Assembly (NCBI GenBank): GCA_902609285.1
Contig: CACLRL010000006.1
Span: 1 to 61,407, forward strand
DNA: 61,407 bases
Direction: 5' to 3'
Source of the DNA: an uncultured Candidatus Actinomarina sp.
Lineage (GTDB): Bacteria; Actinomycetota; Acidimicrobiia; Actinomarinales; Actinomarinaceae
The notes below the pieces were generated by a model. That model saw only the letters and a program-made list of their open reading frames with translations, made no database searches and had not been told where the DNA came from. How positions within the stretch are numbered: the first letter of the stretch is position 1; each line of letters opens with the position of its first letter. The translations under genes were made by a program, and so were the position numbers. This document shows, piece after piece, positions 8,802-22,311 of this stretch.

Positions 8802-9431
8802 TTATTTTACGGTATATCTACTGTAAAAATTTAAACCGACCAATCTATTTTCTGCAACTAGAGGTTCTATTTCATACTCAATTCCATTAAAAACTAGTAT
8901 TCCTCCATAATCATTAGGATCAAGAATTTCATTATACAAGCCAAGCCCAGCAAGTATTTCTTCTCTCCCATCTTTGTCAGCAGTATCATCTGATATTGCG
9001 ATGATTAGCAATAGAAATAATTTTGTTTGTTGAGTTGTGGCTTGATCATTTGTTGTTGGAGCAAAAAACTTAACAGTTCTTACTATCTCATTTTCAACAT
9101 CTAAATTTAATATAAATACATTATCACCTACAGAGGCATCACCCCATTTATATACAAGTTCCTCTTGATCAAAGGATGACCATTTAACCTCATCAGGATC
9201 AATCGAAAAAAACAATATCGTATCTTCATCATTTGAAATAGAATTAACAATGCTATTCCATGTAGAAACAAAGGTCTCTGGTGATTTACCTAATGCTGAG
9301 GACCAAGGCTCAAGAGTAGACTCAATTGTTGTTTGTACATTATCGTTCTCTTCATTTTCAATCGATGTAACTTCATCAGAAGCACATGACAAAAACACAA
9401 ATAAAAAAATAATTAATCTTTGTAGCTTCAT
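8802..9431 (-). CDS. Hypothetical acidic lipoprotein
   Basis: Signal peptide with lipobox-like FLSC; coupled to the upstream SRPBCC gene by ATGA overlap. Confidence 0.7.
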   Translation of the reverse strand: MKLQRLIIFLFVFLSCASDEVTSIENEENDNVQTTIESTLEPWSSALGKSPETFVSTWNSIVNSISNDEDTILFFSIDPDEVKWSSFDQEELVYKWGDASVGDNVFILNLDVENEIVRTVKFFAPTTNDQATTQQTKLFLLLIIAISDDTADKDGREEILAGLGLYNEILDPNDYGGILVFNGIEYEIEPLVAENRLVGLNFYSRYTVK

Positions 9432-9868
9432 TTCTCAATAATTTCCTTTAAATTTTTCAAGTTTTTTTTCCAAATAAATTCAATAATTGGCTTTCCGAAA
9501 ATTTCACCGATTGGTCCAGCAAGATAATATGGAAATTTAAGTGTTTCAACCCATTTGAATTTTGTAATGTTTTCTGATATTTCTTCAAATTGCATTTCAC
9601 CCTTACCTGTAACTATACCGATATGTTCAACCCCAATTGATTTTTTTTCTTCCCATTTGGTAAATATCATATAATCATAAAGTTTAATTGGGCCTATTTT
9701 TGTTAACACTTTAATTTCAGTTCCTACACCTGATTTAGTAGTGCTCTGAAAGTTTATTTCCTCAGCATCATTCATCCAATTTGAGTGATTTTCTATAATT
9801 GAAACTTCACTCCATACATCATCGATTGAAGCATTTATTTTAGTCTCTACTGCTATTGTTTTACTCAT
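9428..9868 (-). CDS. SRPBCC (polyketide cyclase/START-like) family protein
   Basis: INASIDDVWSEVS...NWM, GVGT, and a C-terminal helix ending NLKNLKEIIE. Confidence 0.8.
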   Translation of the reverse strand: MSKTIAVETKINASIDDVWSEVSIIENHSNWMNDAEEINFQSTTKSGVGTEIKVLTKIGPIKLYDYMIFTKWEEKKSIGVEHIGIVTGKGEMQFEEISENITKFKWVETLKFPYYLAGPIGEIFGKPIIEFIWKKNLKNLKEIIEK

Positions 9869-9910
9869 TGTGTGTTTTACAATAATAGTTCCTCACTAAA
9901 ATAATTGAGT

Positions 9911-11052
9911 ATGAAAAATAAAGAGTATTTATATTTAGACCACGCAGCATCAACTCCGATGCGTAAGTCTGCTATCACAGAATATGTAAATGCGGAAAGC
10001 TTTGGGTTCGCAAATTCTTCAGGAGGTCACAAACTATCCAGAGACTCTAAAAATTTGTTAGAAGATTCTAGAGAAAAGATCGCTTCACTACTTGAAGTTG
10101 CTCCTGGAGAAATAATTTTCACAAGTGGGGGAACAGAAGCTGACAACTGGACAATAAAGTCATTATTTGGAGCCACTATATCTGATGAAAATCTTGTTAC
10201 TTCAAATATAGAGCATGAAGCTGTTCTTGCATCTGCAGAATGGGTTTCTTCACTTGGTCATGATGTAAATTATGCAAAAGCAAATAAAAAAGGCATAGTA
10301 GAAGAAGATGAATTTCTTAGCCATATAAATGAGAAAACAATTGTTGCATCGTTGATGTGGGGAAATAATGAAACTGGAGTAATTCAACCAATAAAAAAAT
10401 TATCCAAATCTATAAAGTCACTAAATTCAACAACTCTATTTCATTCAGATGTAGTTCAAGGAATTATCTCTGAAAATATTAATTTTCATAATTCTGGTAT
10501 TGAAAGTGCCGCAATATCTGCTCATAAAATTGGCGGACCTAAAGGTGTTGGAGCAATGTTCATTAATAGTAAATATAAATTACCAAGTTTTTTACACGGT
10601 GGTAAACAAGAGCTAGAAAGAAGGGCTGGTACAGTCGATGTTCCAGGCATAGCTTCTTTTGCAGCAGCACTGGAGGAACAACAAAATAAATTTGATGATG
10701 AAGTAGGAATGATGAAAGAAGAAAGAGATATCTTTGAAAATAAATTAAAAAACTCATTAGAAGTTGTTATTGTTGGAGACTCCATTGACAGGCTTCCTCA
10801 TATAAGCAATATTCAATTTGCTGACACTAACTCTGAAGTACTCTTGATAGAGCTTGATTTAAATGGGCTTGGTGTATCGAGAGGATCTGCTTGTGCAAGT
10901 GGTGCTCAGAAACCATCTCATGTTCTTGAGGCGATGAATGTAGATGAAAAATTTATAAACAATCATTTAAGATTCAGCTTTGGTTGGTCAAATCAAAAAG
11001 GTGACGGTTCTAAGGCAGCAGATATTGTTATCAAAGCAGTTCAAGGTATGAA

Positions 11053-11056
<4 letters not shown>
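9911..11056 (+). CDS. iscS: Cysteine desulfurase (IscS/NifS type, linked to MnmA)
   Basis: YLDHAASTP, FTSGGTEADN, NNETG, SAHKIGGPKG (PLP lysine), catalytic GSACASG. Confidence 0.93.
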
Positions 11057-14589
<3,533 letters not shown>

Positions 14590-14627
14590 ACATTAAAATA
14601 CTATCTAATAACTAAAAAGAGACCAAT

Positions 14628-15440
14628 ATGAATATCGAAAAATTTGAAAATAGTGTTGAAAATATAGACTTAGACAATATTACTCAAGATGATGTTGATC
14701 TTATAAAGGAAATAATTCAAAAACTAGATAATGGTGAAATAAGAGTTGTTGAAAAAAATGATAATGAGTGGGTAGTTAATGAATGGGTTAAGAAATCAAT
14801 TTCTTTATACTTTTCGTTCCAGAACTTAAAAGTAATCGAGTCTGGCGATGTAATCTACTTTGATAAACTCGAACCCAAAAAAAATTATGAAAGTTTAAAA
14901 ATTAGAGTTGTTCCTCCTGGGATTGTAAGATATGGAGCATTCTGTGAACCCGGTGTTGTAGTCATGCCAGGTTTTGTAAATATAGGTGCTTATGTGAGTT
15001 CAGGAACAATGGTTGATACGTGGGCAACAGTTGGGTCGTGTGCATATATAGGAAAAAATGTTCATTTATCAGGTGGTGTGGGTATTGGTGGTGTACTCGA
15101 ACCTCCATCAGCTATGCCAGTAATAATTGAGGACGAAGCATTCATTGGTTCAAGAGCAATTATTGTTGAAGGGGTCAGAATTGGAAAAGGTGCTGTAATC
15201 GGCGCTAATGTTACTATCACATCCTCAACACCTATTATCGATGTATCGGGTGAAGAACCAATCGAATATAAAGGAGTAGTTCCAGAAAATTCTGTTGTCA
15301 TTCCTGGTACAAGACCAAAGACATTCCCGAGTGGCGAGTATGATGTTCAATGTGCGTTAATAATTGGAAAAAGAAAAGAATCAACAAATGAAAAGACTTC
15401 ACTCAATGAAGCACTGAGGACATTTGGAGTAGACGTTTGA
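14628..15440 (+). CDS. dapD: Tetrahydrodipicolinate N-succinyltransferase
   Basis: WVVNEWVKK, RVVP, VNIGAYV, MVDTWATVGSCA, HLSGGVGIGGVLEP. Confidence 0.95.
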   Translation: MNIEKFENSVENIDLDNITQDDVDLIKEIIQKLDNGEIRVVEKNDNEWVVNEWVKKSISLYFSFQNLKVIESGDVIYFDKLEPKKNYESLKIRVVPPGIVRYGAFCEPGVVVMPGFVNIGAYVSSGTMVDTWATVGSCAYIGKNVHLSGGVGIGGVLEPPSAMPVIIEDEAFIGSRAIIVEGVRIGKGAVIGANVTITSSTPIIDVSGEEPIEYKGVVPENSVVIPGTRPKTFPSGEYDVQCALIIGKRKESTNEKTSLNEALRTFGVDV

Positions 15441-16474
15441 ATCTAAACGAATTAACTCAAAAATTAATTGATATTGAATCTGTTACTGGAAATGAAAATG
15501 AAGTAATAAATTTCATTGAAAAGTATCTAAATGATGAAGGATACGATGGTGAAATATTTAGAAATGAGGGGGGACTAATTGTTTCCTCACCTATCTCAAA
15601 TCCAAAAATTGCTTTGGTTGGACATCTTGATACTGTGCCAATTGATGAGAATCAAAAAGTAGTCCTCGATGAGGAAAATATTTATGGCAGAGGTTCTGTA
15701 GATATGAAAGCGGGAGTTGCAGTTATGATGAAAACCCTTCTGGATAAGAATAAGGATGTTATGGGTGTTTTTTATACTGCTGAAGAAGGCTCTTCTGAGC
15801 AAAATGGTCTAAATTTTTTGATGGATATACTAAAAAAAGACTTTTCCATAGAGCTTGCGATAGTGATGGAACCAAGCAGCTTGGAATGTCAATTAGGTTG
15901 CAATGGATCATTAAATGCCAATTTAGATCTTGTTGGTGTTTCAAGTCATTCTGCGAGGCCTTGGATGGGTGAAAATCCTTTTTTTAAACTAAATAAAGTT
16001 GCGGATTATCTATCTGAAAATGAAATAAAAGATTTTGATATCGATGGATTAATCTATAAACAGGTCGTGACTGTTACAACAATCCAAGGAGGTGTTGCCA
16101 ATAACGTAACACCGCCAAAAATCTCAATGAATGTAAATTTTAGATTTGTTCCTACATTTTCTTCAGATGATGCGGAAAATTATATTAAAGATGAACTTGA
16201 ACAATTTGGTGAAGTCACAATTAAAAATATAGCAACAGGAGCTCTTCCTAATAAAAATCTAGGAATGATATCTGAATTTATTAGTAAAACTGGGCTTGAT
16301 GTTACACCAAAACAGGGATGGACAGACGTTGCTAGATTTACAGATGAAGGCATCCCAGCTATTAATTTTGGACCCGGTGACCCTTTGTTAGCTCATACTT
16401 CTAATGAATTTGTTAATAAAAATGAAATATTAGAATCTTATGAGATATTAAAAAAATTCCTTGAAAGTACCTAA
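15437..16474 (+). CDS. dapE: Succinyl-diaminopimelate desuccinylase
   Basis: M20 motifs GHLDTVP, GRGSVDMK, EE, HSARPW, GWTDVARF, GPGDPLLAH; coupled to dapD. Confidence 0.9.
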   Translation: MNLNELTQKLIDIESVTGNENEVINFIEKYLNDEGYDGEIFRNEGGLIVSSPISNPKIALVGHLDTVPIDENQKVVLDEENIYGRGSVDMKAGVAVMMKTLLDKNKDVMGVFYTAEEGSSEQNGLNFLMDILKKDFSIELAIVMEPSSLECQLGCNGSLNANLDLVGVSSHSARPWMGENPFFKLNKVADYLSENEIKDFDIDGLIYKQVVTVTTIQGGVANNVTPPKISMNVNFRFVPTFSSDDAENYIKDELEQFGEVTIKNIATGALPNKNLGMISEFISKTGLDVTPKQGWTDVARFTDEGIPAINFGPGDPLLAHTSNEFVNKNEILESYEILKKFLEST

Positions 16475-16758
16475 TGACAAAAGATTTTAACATAGACGAT
16501 ATATCCAATCTCGCATCTATTCATCTAGAAGAAAAAGAAAAACTCAAACTTCAAAAGGATTTGGAGATAGTCCTTGAACACGTTGATGCTTTAAAAAATA
16601 TTGATGTAAAAGATGAGAAAATTGATATTCATCCTTTAAGTAAAATACTTGATCTAAGAGAGGATGAATCTACACCATCTTTGAGTCATGAAGATGCAAT
16701 GAAGAACTCTCCTGAAACGAAAGATGGACATTTTGTTGTTCCTCCCTCAATTGAGTAA
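16474..16758 (+). CDS. gatC: Asp/Glu-tRNA amidotransferase subunit C
   Basis: LRED...AMKNSP..DGHFVVP; lies directly upstream of gatA. Confidence 0.92.
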   Translation: MTKDFNIDDISNLASIHLEEKEKLKLQKDLEIVLEHVDALKNIDVKDEKIDIHPLSKILDLREDESTPSLSHEDAMKNSPETKDGHFVVPPSIE

Positions 16759-16764
16759 CTGATA

Positions 16765-18222
16765 ATGAATAGAAACATACCTTCAATATCAAAATTAAAT
16801 AATTTATTTTTAGATAAAGAGTTAAAACCATCTGAATTATTTGAGCAGGTTTATGAGAATGCGTCCTTTACCGAGTCTATCTTGCATGCTCATTTAGAAC
16901 TTTTTCACGATGAAGGTCTTGAAAACTCAAAAAAATCTGATGAGAGATTTTTAAAAGGTGAGAGTTTAGGAAAGCTTGATGGAATTCCAATCGCTATCAA
17001 AGACAATATTAATGTTTATGGGTATAAAACTACTTGTTCATCAAAAATGCTTTCAAATTATGTATCTCCTTACGACGCGACAGTAATTGGAATGCTAAAA
17101 GAAACAGGTTCAACATTTACGGGAAAGACAAATCTTGATGAATTTGCTATGGGCTCGTCAACTGAGAATTCAGCGTATGGTCCTACAAAAAATCCTTGGA
17201 ATCCAGATTATGTACCTGGAGGGTCCTCAGGAGGATCTGCCGCCGTAGTTTCTGCAGGTTCAGCTGTAGCTTCTTTAGGAAGTGATACAGGTGGATCAAT
17301 TAGACAACCTGCTTCATTTTGCGGTGTAGTTGGTTTTAAGCCGACGTATGGAACGGTATCAAGATTTGGATTAATTGCGTTTGCTTCTTCACTAGATCAA
17401 ATAGGTCCAATCACAAATACTGTAGATGATGCAAGAATTATATTTGATAACATTCAAGGTTATGACCCTAAAGACGCAACATCCATAAAACCTCAATACA
17501 CAGAACCCAAAAATAAAAAATTGAAAATAGGAATAATAAAAGAATTAATGCAAGAAGGAGTTTCAGAAGATTCACAAAATGAAGTAAATAAAGTAACTCA
17601 GCTTTTAGAAAATAGTGGACATGAAGTTTTAGAAACTTCCTTACCACTAACTGAAATGGCTTTAAGTGTTTATTATTTAATTGCTCCAGCTGAATGCTCA
17701 GCAAATTTGTCACGATTTGATGGAGTACGTTTTGGATTAAGAGAGCCAGCTTCAGGGAGTTATGAAATGATGAACAAAACTCGTGCCGTAGGCTTTGGTG
17801 AAGAGGTAAAGAAGCGAATTTTGTTGGGAACGTATGCATTATCTGCGGGTTATTTTGATGAATACTATGGAAGAGCATTAAAAGTCAGATCAAAGATAAT
17901 TTCAGATTTTCAAAAAGCTTTTGATGATTTTGATTTTTTGATATCCCCGACAACTCCATCTCCAGCATTTAAATTTGGAGAAAAAACAGAAAATCCTCTT
18001 GAAATGTATCTCTCTGATTTATGTACTATTCCAGCAAACTTAGCAGGCCTTCCAGCAATAAGCATTCCAACGGGCTTATCTGATAATAACATGCCTCTTT
18101 CTATCCAACTTATGGGAAAACCATGTTCGGATTATTCTTTATTAGATCTTGCAGAGTCAATTGAAGATATGGTTTCGTTTAATCATTTACCAAAGATAAC
18201 AAAAGGTGATAATGAGTCTTAA
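16765..18222 (+). CDS. gatA: Asp/Glu-tRNA amidotransferase subunit A
   Basis: Amidase signature KTNLDEFAMGSSTE, PGGSSGGSAA, GSDTGGSIRQPA. Confidence 0.97.
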   Translation: MNRNIPSISKLNNLFLDKELKPSELFEQVYENASFTESILHAHLELFHDEGLENSKKSDERFLKGESLGKLDGIPIAIKDNINVYGYKTTCSSKMLSNYVSPYDATVIGMLKETGSTFTGKTNLDEFAMGSSTENSAYGPTKNPWNPDYVPGGSSGGSAAVVSAGSAVASLGSDTGGSIRQPASFCGVVGFKPTYGTVSRFGLIAFASSLDQIGPITNTVDDARIIFDNIQGYDPKDATSIKPQYTEPKNKKLKIGIIKELMQEGVSEDSQNEVNKVTQLLENSGHEVLETSLPLTEMALSVYYLIAPAECSANLSRFDGVRFGLREPASGSYEMMNKTRAVGFGEEVKKRILLGTYALSAGYFDEYYGRALKVRSKIISDFQKAFDDFDFLISPTTPSPAFKFGEKTENPLEMYLSDLCTIPANLAGLPAISIPTGLSDNNMPLSIQLMGKPCSDYSLLDLAESIEDMVSFNHLPKITKGDNES

Positions 18223-19657
18223 GCCAACCATAGGTATGGAAACACATGTTGAATTAGATACAGAATCCAAAATGTTTTGTTCTTGTAAAGTTGTTGAAAC
18301 CGATGAGCCAAATATTAGTTTATGCCCAACATGTCTAGGTTTGCCTGGAGCCCTCCCAGTCCCAAATAAAAAAGCAATTGAATATATTGTCATGCTTTCA
18401 TTAGGAGCAAATTGTTCAATAACTAAAGAAGGAATGTTTCATAGAAAAAATTATTTCTATCCTGATCTTCCTAAGAACTATCAAATTTCCCAATTTGACT
18501 TTCCTGTAGGAGTTGAAGGATCGTTAGAAATAGTTATTGAAGATAATCTTCATACTGTCGCAATTGAGAGAGTGCACATGGAAGAGGACACAGGTAAAAG
18601 CATTCATTTAGGATCAGGGAGAATAGATTCTGCAACGAGTACTTTACTTGACTTCAATAGATCTGGCGTTCCGCTTGTAGAAGTTGTAACTAAACCAATA
18701 ATATCTTCGGCAAAAATGGCAGTTGCATACATTGAGGAACTTAGACAATTAGTAATTGATTTGGGGATATCAAAAGGAAAGCTAGAGAAAGGAAATTTAC
18801 GATTCGACGCAAATATATCTGTTGCTGAAGAAGGCTCTGATGAACTTGGAGTTAAAGTTGAAATAAAAAATATGAACTCTCTTAAGTCACTTGAAAAAGC
18901 AATAGATTATGAAATATTAAGACAAACAAAAATGGTACAAGATAAGGAATCAATAATTCAAGAAACACGTCATTGGGACGAGAACAAACAAGTGACGCTG
19001 TCAATGAGAACAAAAGAGGGAAGTGCTGATTATAGATATTTTTCAGATCCTGATCTACCAAATATGGTAATAAATGACGAATTTATAGAAATTTCTCAAA
19101 ATCAGATTAAAGAAACTCCTGAAAAGAAAAGAAAAACACTTCTTGATACAGGGTTATCATTATCAGATTCAAATTATTTAGATAAAGGCCAGAGATGGTT
19201 ATATGAACTTTATTTGTCAACGGTAAAGGAAACAGGTGATTGTAAATCGACTTTTAATTTCCTTACTGGTGAACTTCAGGGACAAATGAGAAAAGCAGAA
19301 ATTAGTGAATTGCCTCAGTGGGTTAATTCTGAAAAACTTGCTAGTTTAATTAATCTCTTTGAAAATAATGAAATTTCTTTCACATCTGCAAAAGATATTC
19401 TCGCAAAATTGCTAATTGAAGATATTGATCCTAAATCTTTTGCATCTGATAATAATCTTATCCAATCCTCTGATAATGATGAAATAAAAGCACTTGTAAC
19501 TTTGGTAATTAATGAGAATCAAGATATTGTTGAAAGATTAGAAAATCCTGAAGATAAACTTGTTGGCTTCTTAGTAGGTCAAGTAATGAAAAGCTCCGAG
19601 AGCAAAGTAAATCCAGGATCTGTAAAAGAAGTTCTACTTAAAGAGTTATTTGGATAA
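18212..19657 (+). CDS. gatB: Asp/Glu-tRNA amidotransferase subunit B
   Basis: IGMETHVEL, RKNYFYPDLPKNYQISQ, HMEEDTGK, VEIKNMNS, DYRYF. Confidence 0.97.
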   Translation: MSLKPTIGMETHVELDTESKMFCSCKVVETDEPNISLCPTCLGLPGALPVPNKKAIEYIVMLSLGANCSITKEGMFHRKNYFYPDLPKNYQISQFDFPVGVEGSLEIVIEDNLHTVAIERVHMEEDTGKSIHLGSGRIDSATSTLLDFNRSGVPLVEVVTKPIISSAKMAVAYIEELRQLVIDLGISKGKLEKGNLRFDANISVAEEGSDELGVKVEIKNMNSLKSLEKAIDYEILRQTKMVQDKESIIQETRHWDENKQVTLSMRTKEGSADYRYFSDPDLPNMVINDEFIEISQNQIKETPEKKRKTLLDTGLSLSDSNYLDKGQRWLYELYLSTVKETGDCKSTFNFLTGELQGQMRKAEISELPQWVNSEKLASLINLFENNEISFTSAKDILAKLLIEDIDPKSFASDNNLIQSSDNDEIKALVTLVINENQDIVERLENPEDKLVGFLVGQVMKSSESKVNPGSVKEVLLKELFG

Positions 19658-20114
19658 TTTGGTTCACAACCATAGCTGATATTAATCCAATAAAACCAGC
19701 ACCCAAATCGTCATATAAAACACCTAATTTTCCTGGAAGCTTTTCAAGTTCGCCAACAAAAGAAGGCTGTTTCATAATGTCACTTAATCTAAAAACTAAA
19801 AAACCAGATATTAAGGGCAATAATTCAGCTCCAGCTCCAAGTGTGACAAGACTCATTCCACAAACCTCATCAAGTGTAATCCAACTTGGGTCTGAAGACG
19901 CTTCATCATCATCAACAGTTACAAAATAAAAAAGAACAAGAAAAATAAATAAGATTAATAAGTTAAATGTATTCCAAATCCCATACCAATTGTCGCCGAA
20001 GTAGATCACCAATGTAAATAATAAAGAAGCTAAAGTTCCTCCACCTTTTTTACCTTTAAAAAAAGTTTCCCAAAAAAGTCCAACTCCAAATCCTGAAGCA
20101 ATAAAACGTATCAC
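19638..20114 (-). CDS. pgpA: Phosphatidylglycerophosphatase A family protein
   Basis: GFGVG, GTLASL, DPSWITLDEVCG, FRLSDIMK, GVLYDDLGAG. Confidence 0.85.
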   Translation of the reverse strand: MIRFIASGFGVGLFWETFFKGKKGGGTLASLLFTLVIYFGDNWYGIWNTFNLLILFIFLVLFYFVTVDDDEASSDPSWITLDEVCGMSLVTLGAGAELLPLISGFLVFRLSDIMKQPSFVGELEKLPGKLGVLYDDLGAGFIGLISAMVVNQIIQITL

Positions 20115-20174
20115 AATTTGAATAATAGTATTTTTCTTGGATAGAATTTTTAAAAGGTGTAGTATTTATTTACT

Positions 20175-21089
20175 GTGAAAAAATCTGATTTTATATGGTT
20201 TGATGGTGAATTTGTAGATTGGGACAGTGCCCAGATAAATGTAATGACACACACCTTGCATTATGGTACCGGAGTTTTTGAAGGAATAAGAGCACGAAAT
20301 ACTGAAAAAGGTGTCTCTATATTTAGGCTTAATGACCATGTTGATAGGTTATTTGCTTCAGCTGAATCATATAATTTAAAAATCCCATATACCAAAGAAG
20401 TTATTTTTGAAGCTATTAAAGATGTTGTAAGCAAAAACAAACTTGAATCGGCATACATTAGGCCTTTAGTTTTTTTTGGTGAAGGAGAAATGGGGCTTCT
20501 TCCAACAGGTGTACCTGTAAGAGTTTCAATTGCCGCTTGGTTATGGGGCGCTTATTTAGGCGATGATGCAGTTAATGAGGGCGTAAATGTGTGTATATCA
20601 AAATGGAGAAGGATTAGTCCAACAAGTTTTATTCCATTAGCTAAAGGAGTTGGAGGCTATATGAACTCAACTTTAGCAAAAATTGATGCAGTCGATAATG
20701 GTTATGATGATGCAATCATGCTTGGGGATGATGGAACTGTTGCTGAAGGAAGCGGACAAAATATATTTATTATAAAAAATAATCATATATCTACTCCTCC
20801 AAACTCAACAGGTGCTTTAAATGGAATTACGAGAAGAACAGTAATTGAAATTGCAAAAAGTAAAAACATTTCTATCGAAGAAAAGAATTTGACTGTTGAA
20901 GACTTAAAAAATGCTGACGAAGTATTTTTTACCGGAACAGCAACTGGTGTTATCGGTGTAGTAAGTATTGATGGAGATGATATCTCAAATGGGAAAGTTG
21001 GAGAGATAACAGCAGATCTAATAGATTCTTATGAAGATGTTGTAAACGCAAAGGATGATAATTTTAAATCGTATATAACATTGATTTAA
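20175..21089 (+). CDS. ilvE: Branched-chain amino acid aminotransferase
   Basis: LHYGTGVFEGIRA, AYIRP, EGSGQNIF, LNGITR, EVFFTGTA. Confidence 0.94.
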   Translation: MKKSDFIWFDGEFVDWDSAQINVMTHTLHYGTGVFEGIRARNTEKGVSIFRLNDHVDRLFASAESYNLKIPYTKEVIFEAIKDVVSKNKLESAYIRPLVFFGEGEMGLLPTGVPVRVSIAAWLWGAYLGDDAVNEGVNVCISKWRRISPTSFIPLAKGVGGYMNSTLAKIDAVDNGYDDAIMLGDDGTVAEGSGQNIFIIKNNHISTPPNSTGALNGITRRTVIEIAKSKNISIEEKNLTVEDLKNADEVFFTGTATGVIGVVSIDGDDISNGKVGEITADLIDSYEDVVNAKDDNFKSYITLI

Positions 21090-21502
21090 TGTCGCAAGAA
21101 CCAAAAATAAACCTTGATAACGCAAAAAGAATTAATGAGCCTTCAATGCCTGTACCAAGAAGATCAAAAAGATATAACGATAAACTTGATCCAAAAAATC
21201 AAGAAATATTTGGAAGTACAGGGCCAGATAGTGGTTTCGCCTTAAAAATTGTAAACAAATATAAATCATTATGGCAACAACACCCAAGGCAAAAACTCGT
21301 AACTTCTATCGTGACTAATTTAATAATTAGTAGAGCTTCTCACTTTGGTAGGGCCCCAACTGTATATGATTTTCATCACATTTTAGGTATTTTAAGAATC
21401 AGTGAAAACAACTTAGGTGATCTCACAGAAGATCTACTTAATAAATGTGCAAAAGATAAAATTAAGGGTCAGTCGCTACTCTCAATAATTAATTTTTACT
21501 AA
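21089..21502 (+). CDS. Hypothetical protein
   Basis: 137-aa ORF coupled to ilvE by TAATG overlap; conserved-looking GSTGPDSGFA and RASHFGRAP motifs. Confidence 0.7.
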   Translation: MSQEPKINLDNAKRINEPSMPVPRRSKRYNDKLDPKNQEIFGSTGPDSGFALKIVNKYKSLWQQHPRQKLVTSIVTNLIISRASHFGRAPTVYDFHHILGILRISENNLGDLTEDLLNKCAKDKIKGQSLLSIINFY

Positions 21503-21540
21503 ACACTCTATTTTTCCTATGCCTTAATATTGAAAGAAGT

Positions 21541-22308
21541 ATGAAAATTGTAAGAGCAAAACATCAAAACGAAATTTTTTATGGTGATCTTATTGATGGC
21601 AAAGTTGTACGCTATGAAGGCTCTCCTCTTGTAGTCTGGGAAAGTACTGAAGAAATATATGAACTCGAGGAAATTGAATTACTAGCACCAGTTCTGCCAT
21701 CAAAAGTAGTTGCAGTAGCAAAAAACTATGCAAAACATGCTGCAGAAATGGGCTTGCCAGGTTATCAATATCAAGCAGATAATCCAGTTTTCTTTATAAA
21801 GCCTTCAACATCAGTAATAGGAACAGGTCAAAATATAATTTATCCAAAAATTGGTCAACATGTTGACCATGAAGGAGAATTGGCTTTAGTAATATCAAAA
21901 ATAAGTAAGAATATTTCAAAAGAAAATTGGACAGATCATGTTCTTGGATTCACAAATGCTAATGATTTATCCGAGAGAGTGCTTCAAGGTAAAACTGGTC
22001 ATTTTACAAGAGCAAAAGGTTTTGATACTTTTTGTCCACTTGGTCCTTACATTCAAACAGAATTTTCAAGCAATCCAGAGCTAAGTGTTAAAGCATATGT
22101 AAATGGAGAATTGAAACAGAACGGCAACACTAGAGATATGATTTTTTCAATTGGTGAAATTCTTGAATTCATTACATCAATAATGACACTATTACCTGGT
22201 GATGTTATTTTGACAGGAACTCCTGAGGGGGTAAGTAAAATTGAACCGGGTGATGAAATAAAGATTGAAATAGAAACTCTTGGAAGTTTAATTAATTTAG
22301 TTGAGTAA
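21541..22308 (+). CDS. Fumarylacetoacetate hydrolase family protein
   Basis: NYAKH, FIKP, DHEGELA, AKGFDTFCPLGP, TLLPGDVILTGTP. Confidence 0.92.
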   Translation: MKIVRAKHQNEIFYGDLIDGKVVRYEGSPLVVWESTEEIYELEEIELLAPVLPSKVVAVAKNYAKHAAEMGLPGYQYQADNPVFFIKPSTSVIGTGQNIIYPKIGQHVDHEGELALVISKISKNISKENWTDHVLGFTNANDLSERVLQGKTGHFTRAKGFDTFCPLGPYIQTEFSSNPELSVKAYVNGELKQNGNTRDMIFSIGEILEFITSIMTLLPGDVILTGTPEGVSKIEPGDEIKIEIETLGSLINLVE

Positions 22309-22311
22309 ATT

